The notes under the pieces were generated by a model, which was given only the letters and a program-made list of their open reading frames with translations, had not been told where the DNA came from and did no database searches. From Octopus sinensis (Eukaryota), in assembly GCF_006345805.1 (NCBI RefSeq), contig NC_043012.1, forward strand, positions 50,716,001 through 50,780,000: a DNA stretch of 64,000 bases. The letters are read 5' to 3'. Shown here one piece after another: positions 52,485-64,000 of the stretch. A program made the position numbers and the translations under genes. Position 1 is the stretch's first letter, and every line of letters begins with the position of its first letter.

Positions 52485-52551
52485 TAATAATAATAATGAT
52501 AATAATAGTAATAATGATAATAATATAATAATGATGATGATGATAATAATG

Positions 52552-52613
<62 letters not shown>

Positions 52614-52878
52614 TAATTTAAACTCCACAAACATGTAGACAGACATTACATGCTACGAATATATGAAGGAAGTTGACAGTCACATCTGTAAATTTCTATG
52701 AAGACAACAACCATCAGATTAATGGGTTACCAAAAGAACACCTGCAAGAGCTTAAGCTTTTCTGCAAACATGAAAGTTCAAAAACAATGTGCTCGATACT
52801 GGAAGAGGGTAAGGAAGTATGAACAGTAATTAAATATCAACTACACTAGTGCTGGGCAACTGGTATGAAACGGTACAA

Positions 52879-53097
52879 AGGCGGCGAGCTGGCAGAATCG
52901 TTACCACGCCGGTGAAATGCTTAGCAGTATTTCGTCTGCCGCTACGTTCTGAGTTCAAATTCGGCCGGGGTCGACTTTGCCTTCCATCCTTTCGGGGTCG
53001 ATTAAATAAGTACCAGTTACGCACTGTGGTCGATATAATCGACTTAATCCATTTGTCTGTCCTTGTTTGTCCTCCCTCTGTTTAGCCCCTTGTGGGT
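52879..53097 (+). mobile_element. SINE family B, full length
   Basis: aggcggcgagctggcagaatcg (A box), gagttcaaatt (B box), central gccttccatcctttcggggtcgat..agtaccag and tail tttagccccttgtggg. Confidence 0.92.
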
Positions 53098-54908
53098 ATG
53101 CATGAACACCCTCCCTGTGCATAACTCCATGTCCCCCTACATGGCCTTGCTTTTGCTTTTTAAGCCAAAAATTAACTTAACTTAACAGTACACTGGTGTG
53201 TTACGAAATGATATTATGCGTGCTGCAGTGTAACCTGAATATATGTTCTTCCACTATACATTTAGTTCAGGTGTGCCGCCGATTTTGAAAAGAATATGCG
53301 TAACGCAAGTAAGAAAAGGTTGCGCAGCGATAAGCTAGACTCATGTGCAACTAGATGAAACAAGCTCCTCTTCTCAGATATTTAGACATTATTTAGTATA
53401 TTTATATCGATTACCTAGATCTTTCTTGTTGCTGCTATCGATAAAAGTTGAAAATCCCGAATGATTTGTCATCGAGATAAGTAAATATTGAAAACCTTTG
53501 GATGAGAATTTTATGATGAGAATAATACGCAAAGAAGAAGGGAGATATGTTAATAAGATGTGCCTTAAAACGCCTACGCCAGTAAATAATTGTATTAAGC
53601 TAAAAATCATTCTAGTGTAAATTGAAAACCATTTGTGCATTTTTGATCACTGTTTTAATTCGGAATTTCAAATATCATATCTAAATTCATTGTTATTTTC
53701 AATAAATTACTAACTAATAAAGCTAAGATAGGATCCTCTAACTATCAATATAAAGTTGTTCTTGAAGTAAATGGGCCATTAAACTGTTTATTTACCGAAT
53801 TAGATATTCTTTTACTGTAGACGTTCTTAGGAATTTCAGAAACTTCATCGCAAATTTCAGTAAAATGTAAATTATTCGATGAGTCACGTGAACATGTACC
53901 TACGTGTACAAGAATTTAGAATGAAAAACATAGACAACAGATAAAAATATAGAAATAAGAAAGTTCCAGAAATGATGATATCATTTAACTGGCAAAGGTT
54001 GTTTTATATTTTTATTTTATTTTAATATTTATTTGTTCGTCTATCTATTTATTTATTACAGAAATTTACGAGCTGATATGATAGAAATATTTCTTAAAGT
54101 GAACAGATATCAGAGTATAGCATTAAATTGTGCTTGCTGCTTTTTAATTATTTTTTTCGCTCTTTGTGGTTTGTTTGTGGGTTAGAGGATTAGATAAAAA
54201 TGTATCCTCAGATCATAAATATCAGATTTTATCGCTTAAATTGTCAAATTATTGTTGAGCTATTACAGTATACCATTTCTTCTGTTATTCTAATTTTTAC
54301 ATTTCATATTCATTTTCTTTGCAAAGAAATCTCGTTAAATTGATTTTTTTTTCTTCCTTAAAAGTTGAACAGTGCGAGTAAATATGTGACTCGCCCACCA
54401 AAAATAGGTCGGTATTTCATCTTCTGATAATCAAGGAACAAAATGTGCTCTTTAAAATCATGACACAATTAATTCTAAACTATCTAGCTTCATTTCGTTC
54501 TGAGTTGATGAATACCAAGTTTGCTTGGACTGTTTTTCTGTGTGAGGCATGTCATATCCGAAAGAATGTTATCTTATTCATTTAATAGTGTACAACAAAA
54601 TCGGTATGATATGATGTGACATTTGTCAGGATTTATCGTTATATATATATATATGTATATATATTTATATATTATGAATCACACTATATTTTACCTTCAG
54701 TATAAATCTTATGGTGTATTTAGAGATAGTTTATCAATATTTGAGAAAACGCAGCATATCATAATTCAAATTACGAAATTTTGATTAATTTTATATTTAA
54801 TCCCGCTTTATATTTGAATAATATTCATCCTGCTCTTAATCAGTCCTTTTCATTAAAAGAAAGTGGATTTATAACAAAGCTAACTACGAATTTGCATGCA
54901 GCGTAGAA

Positions 54909-55000
54909 CGACGTCATTCCGCTCAAAGGTCATAGCTACGCATTGGCATTTTTTCCACAGCGACGTTTCCTATTGAATCCATTCTCTTCCCTATAAATAG
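54909..55000 (+). promoter_or_regulatory. Possible RNA pol II core/proximal promoter (CRE-like, CCAAT, TATA)
   Basis: cgacgtca at 54909-54916, attgg at 54942-54946 and tataaata at 54992-54999, in a locally CpG-enriched unique stretch. No downstream gene identified. Confidence 0.25.
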
Positions 55001-56926
55001 TCAACTTACGTTGACACAATCGAGAATTAGCAAAAGTAGCGACAGTATATATTTGATTATTTACTAAAAATGAACTAAAATGCTCTGATCGCTTTATTGG
55101 AGGAAGATATAAATGTATCCATATTGCGTTTCCCTTGATAGAATAAAGAAGATAATGTAATGGACTTGTTTTATTGCAATCCAATGTAGTATGGGACTAA
55201 TTTTATATATTACACACATTGGCGGAAATTAAATAGTTATCACACGAAGCCAGAACGTGTGCACGCAATCCAAACTAGGCTTAGTTCAGTTTATCAAGAT
55301 TTTAACTCATGTTATTGACTTTTGTACATATATCGTGTTGGTAAATTCAGAGTCTGAATTGCTGTCTTAACGTCTCAATTAAATATATGAAAGCAATAAT
55401 TCTGCATTTCTTCATTGCTGTAAAGCACAGTATTTATAACTAGATAAGAAATCAACATATCATTGCTGAAATTTTCAAACTTCTCATATTAAATGCTAAA
55501 GAATCGATTACTTGGAGGTTATCTGCAACAAACCTGTGAACCTTACACGAATGGAATGAAAGTCTTGATGTTCAATTGGCAACACTACATGGCAACAAAT
55601 CAAATGCTCATAATATATTTATTTTATGCTTCTTATCTCATTTATGATTTTGCTTTTAATCTATGTATATTGTCAAATTTAGGTAGCTTTAAGAAGTAAT
55701 CTAAGTTACCATAAAATAGAGAATCTCTCATGAACACATGCAGAAGATGACTATATTTGCATATAGCGAAATGAAGCATAGATCAAATTTCCAAAAAGAA
55801 AATATTTTAGCATTTTTATAAACTTTTAGAAGTATCACCATTTGCTGGAACTATAGTTTAGTATATTAGCATAATGAAAAGTGAAAAGAAAAACTGCTTA
55901 ATCATCAAAAGTTTCAAGTATCTATTTCCATTCTTATGCATCTTTTGAAGGCAATATATCAGTTAATTTCCTTTTATGTTTAGTTCTAAAATCAGTAGGC
56001 ATTTCCTTTAACAACTATATTTTCAAAGTGTGAGGGAGTTATAAGATCATGCTTTGTTATACTATTGTACATTTAGCAATTAACTATTGTGTAATGCGTT
56101 ATGTATCTATCTCCTCATTGTTGCATTCACAGTGTAATGTATTATAGATTGGTTCATCCTATGATTGTATATATACTTGTCCGAACAATTTTTTTACATA
56201 GTTTGATCTCACCAACTGACCATATACAAAAGTACAATTTCTGTAATAATGTTGTTTCGTCTTTCTTGTTCATCTCTGATAGCACAGTTATCCGAGCTGC
56301 TAAGTTCAACTCAAAATTAATTAGGAAGTGTTTGAAATTTAGAGAACCATATGACACGACACTTTATGCAATAGAAAAGTTGAAGACCATAATAAACGTT
56401 CTGTCAAGCAGTGATTAATTGCATATTTAGTCTTTCAATCTGTGCCTTTCGAATTCTCTTTGTACTCAAGTATATTTCTCTGTCTGACAGCCAAGGTAGC
56501 GACGGTCCTAACGAAGCGGAAACTGCCCATCTACTCATATGTTCTTAATATATGTTGCGTTCGTGTAACAATGCCACCATTTACACGTCTGACACCCTCT
56601 GTCATATTATCGAAGGAAATGTCAGAATGAGCCGTTAGTAATTTGATGGCATCGTCATAGAGCCAGAGCAGAATGGATAATAGAAACAAGTCGGGTAATG
56701 TACACATCCTGGTCTTACATATCCTCAGGTTGTGATAATCTCTATCCAAGCTTATTTGTCTCTTCCTCTCTCTCCCACGCAGTTATTTTCAGTGGACACA
56801 CTATATAACATTGAATCACACTCCTATCGTAAAACCTATAAACGAAATTCAGGCTACTCAGTCTGTCATATTTTAGTAAACTTTATCAGTTTGATTTTGA
56901 TATGTTGTACATTTGTTAGTCTATCA

Positions 56927-57148
56927 ACGAGGGGATGCTGAAAAGTTCCTAGATTTGAGTAATAGAAAATACAAGAGGAGCAATCAAATATGATTTTATT
57001 CAACATATTCCCCTCTCAGATTCGTACATTTATTGCAGAGGTCCTTCAGTTTTCTAAGTCCTGTAAAGCAACTCGGAATGTTGGGCCTCCAGCCAGGTCT
57101 TTCGCGATAGCCTTAAAGCCAGAAACTTTCAACACAACACCACCTCGG
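56927..57148 (-). mobile_element. Mariner-derived MITE, copy 2
   Basis: acgaggggatgctgaaaagttcct ... aaagccagaaactttcaaca..cctcg. Internal homology to 45503-45725. Confidence 0.8.
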
Positions 57149-57503
57149 ACGAGACCTTATGTTCCGTAAAATATTAATCTGCGCATTTGCAAATATTATA
57201 GTCATAAGTCAACCATCAATACAAATATTTATCTTCTTACATGGCAGCAAGTAGCGATAATCGTGTTTACATAGGTGAAGTTTGTCCAACAGTTAAATTT
57301 GTTAGAATTTATAGAAATGTGAAATGAAATGTTGTTAAATTCTGCCATTTCACAATTTACGAGAAACAGCTCCAACAATAATTAAAAGCAAGTAATTGCT
57401 TTAACTTTACTATTCTGTATGTTACTTGCATTATCAGAGACATCCAATAATGAAGTTAGTATAAATTAATGAAGAGTTATATATAACAGTGTAAGTGATG
57501 AAT

Positions 57504-57836
57504 GCACATGCCATATGGGTTAGAGTCTCAAGCCTGCAATCATGAGGTAGTGAGTTCGATTCCAGGACAGGGCTGTGTGTTGTGTTCTTGAGCAATGCAC
57601 TTTATTTCATGTTGCTCTAGTTCACTCAACCGTAAACATGAGTGGCGACGTCTTTGGTGCCCAGCTGTATCGGCCTTTCCCTTTCGCTTGTATAACATCG
57701 CTGGCGTGGGAAGAGGTTGCCGGAATGCTGCTGATGGATCCTGGTTTTCTATTAACAACCTTATCCGGACTCCTGCTTCGGAAGGTAAACATTGAGGTGC
57801 CATCACACGGCTATTCATGACCGAATGGGCTCTTTA
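57504..57836 (+). mobile_element. tRNA-derived SINE (family D-related head, different 3' body)
   Basis: B box gagttcgattcc, then tgtgttcttgagcaatgcactttatttcatgttgctctagttcactca, homologous to ~27595-27645. Confidence 0.7.
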
Positions 57837-58299
57837 TAACCTTGTAGGTATTTACAATTAGCTCCAATAGTTTCTGCTATGCTTGTGTTGTACATCTTCG
57901 CCTAAAATATATTTAGCCACTTATAGAGCATTCTTGCATTGTAGAATTAATACTTCTCCAGGATTCAGTTACACGAAAATTGGAGGTTTTAACAAAGTTT
58001 ACACTTTTGCAGCCATTCGGAGCAGCTTGCTTAATCTAGAACCTGTCACCAGCTCCTTTTCCTCGTCATCCCTGAATCAGAAGTATTAAACAACATCCCG
58101 AGTGTTTCGTTTTTACCTATGACGAAGTTATGGAGAAAAAATGTCTTGTGTGTTTCACTCATTAAAAATGATCATTTAGATAGTCTCATGCCATATATCG
58201 CATTGAAATAAAAAAAATCGAATGACTGTTTTTAGCAAATTTATTTCAGGACCCTAGTAAAAAGTTTCTTGATTTTAGCTCCCATACTATTTCGCGTGC

Positions 58300-58359
<60 letters not shown>

Positions 58360-58385
58360 ACACACAAACAAACAAATATAATACA

Positions 58386-59452
58386 TAAGGTTAGCCAAAA
58401 ATGTTCGTTCGGTTTCATCGATACTAAATTTCAAGAATTCTAGCAAGTATCTGACTTCAGTATGTCCGACCATTATGTGCAATCGTTAGATACTTGACAC
58501 ACCAGCTTGCTATGAAGCGCATTGTATATTGTGTGCTAGAGATCACCCAGAAAATAGAGAATCTAAACATCATTACAATTCCTCAAATTTTGTTAATTTT
58601 AAAAAAAGCACGAAAGCGGCGGTGGTGTGCAGAAAATATGTGCTGAATACAGAGATGATACTCATATGGGACATGTGTACCAGAGATGGTTTGAAGATTG
58701 CGATCGGGAATTTTATTGATTCAGTTTGCACATTTCTTAGGCCAGCTAACTGGGTATAACAGAGACAAAATGAAGTAGGTAGTTAGTCGACACCGAAGCC
58801 TGTTATTTGACCGTTCTGATCTCAGATGTTCCCAAAATCGAGTGTCGAAAACAATCTGCACCAAATTGGTTATGTCAGCGTGCGCGAGGTTAGAGTCCTA
58901 CATCAGTTGAATGAGGCAAACTTCGACCAAAAGATTTTCCTATGCGATTTAAAATAGAATGTTGACAGATGGCCAAAATGGGGCCATCTATAAAAATGTA
59001 AATTGCAAGTGTTAATGGCGGAATCGCGGCGTCATCACCACTAACAACCACTGATGCTCGAATTCACACAAAGAAGGTTATGCTCAGAATTTGACGTGAG
59101 AGAAAAGGTGTATCTTTTACAACATTGTTCCCCGGACAGGACAATCAATTATCATGTGTTTTGTAAGGAGCTTGACAAATTAGACACAACCATCCACCAT
59201 GACATAGCCACTTCTTTGCAGTTGTTGCTTGTGCCTAACTGGTAAGATTCGCCGCATCCTCCGCGTCCACCCAGTCTTGCACCTCCAGATTTCAACCTGG
59301 ATCGGTCAGTTAAAAATTCATTAAATATCGAGACCTTCAACTCTGAAGAGGTTGAAAAAATTCACTTGGAAGAGATAATTAGCAGTAAAGACGGGAAATG
59401 CTTTGAGCAGAAAATAATGGATCTGCCAATAAGCCAGAATATACTGGAACAT
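58386..59452 (+). mobile_element. Mariner element, heavily degenerate, truncated by (TATG)n
   Basis: 5' TIR-like taaggttagccaaaaatgttcgttcggttt. N-terminus F.NFKKSTKAA..CRK; C-terminal PDRTINYHVFCKELDKL..PHPPRPPSLAPPDFNL..SKDGKCFEQKIMDLP. Confidence 0.8.
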
Positions 59453-62159
59453 GTATGCATGTATGTGTGTATGTGTGTATGTATGTATGTATGTATGTAT
59501 GTATGTATGTATGTATGTATGTATGTATGTATGTATGCATGTATGTATGTATGTATGTATGTATGTATGCATGCATGTATAACTATGTGTGTGTAGGTGT
59601 GTGTGTATTTATGTATGTATACTGGTTTACGTATACATACGGAGAGAAACAGTGAGGGGATTCAGGGGCAGATAATTGTCAGATTAACGTTATAGATGTA
59701 AAAATAAGTGATTGATTCTTTTTACAGAGATGTTAGGATGCAAGTACATCCTTCTGTTTCCGTTCTGAACTGAAATTTTGTCAGTTGTAGATTTATTACT
59801 TCTCCTACTTGACAATATATAACACACGATTATACCGTATGGTGCCTCATGCAATCTTAGTTTCTCTCAAATTAACATACAAACGAATATCTTGAGTGTA
59901 TGCTGGTATGGAACACGTGTAAATGTCGTTCTAGAGGACCGAATTTGATTATCATTGAAGAAATAACATTTTAAATCCAGCATTCTCGGACTGTTACATT
60001 TGTGAGAACATTGCGATCCCAGCTGTGCTGCCTCCATTTTGTGTTTTCTTCCTGCAAGCCAATGATTTCACGTGAGAATAAAACGGAATGAAAATCCCAG
60101 TCATAGATTTCACAGTATGTAATAAAAAAAATGAAATAAAATCAATTTAGCTTTATAGGACTGAATCTTATTTATTGAAATCCGTGTATCATATTTATGT
60201 TAATAATTGGATTTCATTGGGACATAAATATGGTTTTAGATTTTGAATATCATTACTATGCATTTTTAGGATGTAATTGTATTCGTCGCTGATGTGGAAA
60301 CGAATGTAAATGCTCAAAAGTGGTTAGAATAGCTTCGTGAAAAGCAGAACAAATTATTGTCTGCTATATTCAAGGCATGACAACATATGCATACCAAGTG
60401 CTTCCCATGGAATTCAAAAGAATAGGAAAAAAGTACAGAATAGAAGAAATACAAAAGAAAATGATTGAGGTGGTAAAGAATGCTAAAGTAAAACAAAAAC
60501 TAGAATAAAATAAAAATAAAAACGAATAATAAATCTGGGAGAAAAAATGAACAGAAGCGCTCGTTTCTGCTCAATTTAAAGAGCTAAGAGAGCGGTCAGA
60601 TGGAAAGACAAACCCTGCGGACATTATTCAACGTACAAATCGCAATGAAATGGAGTGGAATAATGGTACAAAACGACTAAAGAAGGAAACATCATTAAGA
60701 TGCTATAACAGGCGTGAGTGAAAATTGCAAAGTGAATTCAGGGTGAAAAAGTAAGTTCTAGGCCGTGTCTTAGGGATAAAGAAAATTAAATAAAAAGAAA
60801 TGTGTGAAAAATAAAAAAAATGAAAGCAAATCAAGACTATAACAAATATGTGAAAAACCAAGTATGAAGACAATAGAAAATATTTGATTTATAAAGAATT
60901 ACAATAGCAGACTCTTCCCGAGCTCTGTGACAGATTTTTTTTCTATCAGTGAACGTGAATCTCTAATAACAGAAAATAAAATAATCTCAAAAGAGAAAGA
61001 AAAATCAATGAAAATGATAAAATAAAGCTAAAAGTAAATGAATAAACTAAATGCTGTATGAATGAGATGGGTGGGAGAAAGAGTCGTAGAGCAGATAGCA
61101 CTGATTGCAGACCACCAAGTTACTTCCATTGATGAAATCATATCAACAGAGCGCGTGTGTCAGAACCTTCCAATAATAGAAAGTCGCAAGGATTAATTCG
61201 GCGGAAAAATATGTTCTTGTCGCATAATAATAATCGGAATAATTTGCATTTACAAATAGCTTTTTTTTTCATCTTGTAGTATGATACACCACGGACAGTG
61301 TTAACAACGATAAAGAAACTATGAATACCCAATCGGGTGTCTTGATCAACAGCATCCTGCAGATATTTTTGAATATATTTTGTTGCTAATTTACACACAT
61401 ACACACACATATATTTTTAGTTTATATTTTTAAATATGTTCACAAACATGGTAGAGAGAGCCCATGAATGTAACAAATTCGATTAAATGGGGAAGAAATT
61501 GCAAATTAAATGCAATAAAGAATTTGCAGCAGTAATTTCTGGTTATATCACTGAGTTAAGTAATCGAATATTCTCTTCAATTAATGTGCGTGAAAATATC
61601 TATGAATAATGGATAATAATAGCCTTAATATATATTTGTTAATACAGAATCAGCGATAAAATGTTTAATTATCTAACGGATATTTTTTGTAGGTTCCTTC
61701 TACATGTAATACAAAAAATTGTCTTACATCTATCTATACAAGCTTCTTATATTTTCCAATATTTAGTTGAGAAGGATACGGCTATAATGGATTATAGACA
61801 CCCATTCATTTTATACCTCTCAGTCTACAGGTACCGATATTGGATTAAACATAACCAAACCTCCTCGCATTACTAAGGAATTACAGTGATGGAATTTAGT
61901 ATTTTGGAGGCATGTAGGTTGCTAGTTTTAACCAGCATACTAAATAACGCTCACAGAATCAACTGACAGGAGAGCCTAATGCCATCAATTAGCCTGCTAA
62001 AAATATGAGAAACGCCATTTTATGTATAAGTTATATTAGATTTTAGATAAGGACAATTCATATATAAACAAAGAAGGGGTATTTACCATCTAGACGTTTG
62101 TTGTGATAGATTTGCTCTGCCAGATATGTCCACTAGGCTCTAAACAAAACACTGATTGA

Positions 62160-62337
62160 GAGAAAGAGAGAGAGAGAGGGAGAGAGAGAGAGAAAGAGAG
62201 AGAGGGGGAGAAAGAGAGATAGAGAGAGAAAAAGAGAGAGAGGGAGGAAGAGAGAGAGAGAGAGGGAGACAGACAGACAGACATACAGACAGACTGATAG
62301 ATAGATAGATAGATAGACAGATAGATAGATAGATAGG

Positions 62338-62425
<88 letters not shown>

Positions 62426-62445
62426 GACAGAGAGAGGCAGAAAGA
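62160..62445. repeat. (GA)n-(GACA)n-(GATA)n compound microsatellite
   Basis: Directly visible. Confidence 0.95.
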
Positions 62446-62737
62446 CGAGGTAGTTTCACGTCCAGCCAGACAGTAATAAACCAGAAATCGTGATTACTGA
62501 TGATTTCTTATCTGTTATGACCTCTTCGCTTGGGAGATATGAGAGTATCACGAACATATGTACTGAAATAAATATTGATGTATTCTATTACAAGTTACAG
62601 GGAAGAGAGTGAATGAAGTGAGCAGTATAACATCTTTTGATTTACGTTCAGAACTGTCGATATTATAGAGTAAAACAGTAGATCCAAGGATAAAAATTAT
62701 ATCCTTGTTGGCAAAAACTAATACAAATACTACAAAT

Positions 62738-62883
62738 TTCGCCGAGGTCGACTTTGCCTTTCATCATTTCGGGGTTAATAAATTAAGTACCAGTTACGCA
62801 ATGGAGTCGATGTAATCGACTTAATCCCTTTGTCTGTCCTTGTTTGTTCCCTCTATGGTCCCCATGTGGTCAATAAAAACTTT
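62738..62883 (+). mobile_element. SINE family B, 5'-truncated, with perfect 19-bp TSD
   Basis: TSD taatacaaatactacaaat at 62719-62737 and 62884-62902. Confidence 0.92.
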
Positions 62884-64000
62884 TAATACAAATACTACAA
62901 ATGCTAGAATAAATTTTCGGCTAGGACTGTTCTTCGGGGAGAGAAGAATCGTTAGCCGTTAGTAGTTGTTGAAGAAGAAACAAAGAGGTTAGGTAAGAAA
63001 GAGAAATTCAGTGAGAAAAAGTGTGATGGAGAAGGGTGAGAAAAAATATTAAAGAAGAAAGGATGAGCGAATAACGCGCCATTATAGGACGAGAAGAAAG
63101 TCAAATGAATCCCATGTAGATTTGAAGAACGCGAAAGGTAGAAGTTACCTTTCTCCAACACCTTGTTCTTTCTTCTTCCCTATTTTTGGTTTCTACCCTA
63201 ATTACGTCCTATTATCTTAAGAAAGAACGAACCGATTATATATAACATTGTCACAACGCAGTATAAATAAATTGAAGAGCAGTCGCAATTGAAAAGATTT
63301 CCCATCTAGCGTAAGTTCGATCGATTTGCACTAAACTGCGCTTAATTCGTTGGGTTAATTTTCGCTCGAAATAGAACATAAAGGCTAATATCTTACTAGC
63401 CATTAAGTGATATTTTATTGGCTATTAAATTCATTACTTGAAAAAGAGTTTAATAGAAGTGGCAAAATATAAAAATATGTCTGAGGGACAGGCTACATCA
63501 TTATATTGATTCGTTACTATTGTGTTTAAAAATTATTTCGTTGACCCAATGTGCTAAGTCCAAATGCTTTCAGAAGATTTGAAACTGTGAACATACTTAA
63601 AAAGAAACAAAAGCAAATACAGCGGGATATGATGCTAATGTTCTTCATTCTACCAAGTTGGAGAGTCTTTATTCAGACATTAAAAAAAGGAAAATGTTCT
63701 AACATGGCGTCTCTCGAACTTAATAAATATATACATAAATAAATAAATACTAAAATTAGCTGTATGTACTCGAACTCATAACACAAAGTAACTTCACTAA
63801 ATAGCGTTAATCACTCTTTAAAAAGGCTCCAAATTTTTAAGGAGCACTACAGCTGATGTGCTGCAAAAAATAGAATGCTTGATCAATATTGTATTTCCTT
63901 CCCATTAAATATTACGGCAGTTTTATAGTTTTACATATTTGTACACTTCGTTTTTATTACGCTCGTACAAAATAATTCTGGTACGAATCACTTAATTTTT

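Noticed and set aside
53255-53335. hAT-MITE-like end (aggtgtgccgcc..aaaaggttgcgca)
   Set aside because: No matching opposite TIR or 8-bp TSD found.

Overview
AT-rich animal genomic DNA, saturated with microsatellites. The SINE, LINE and DNA-transposon content looks like a coleoid cephalopod, probably Octopus; this is an inference from repeat style, not a database result. No complete host gene, rRNA, tRNA gene or CRISPR array is recognisable. Almost all ORFs in the track are translations of (TA)n, (CA)n, (TAA)n or (TCTA)n repeats, or antisense frames of transposons. What can be supported is a fossil record of mobile elements. DNA transposons: one Tc1 with both TIRs, three mariner relics, two mariner MITEs, an internally deleted Chapaev3-type transposase and a CXC-tailed orphan transposase fragment. 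Non-LTR retroelements: one CR1-type LINE, four R4/Dong-type pieces next to (TAA)n and two Penelope-like elements, one internally inverted. There are also at least five tRNA-derived SINE families. The best structural observations are two SINE/LINE pairs with shared 3' tails (one with a covarying stem-loop), several hammerhead-like relics, a foldback at a transposase deletion junction, and a ~1.55 kb tandem duplication that may be an assembly artefact. The only reasonable host-gene candidate is a two-exon minus-strand model (4056-3956, 2730-2664) encoding a signal peptide plus a Cys-containing segment, at low-to-moderate confidence. I did not find a demonstrably new biological system. Coordinates were read by eye and repeat boundaries are approximate.
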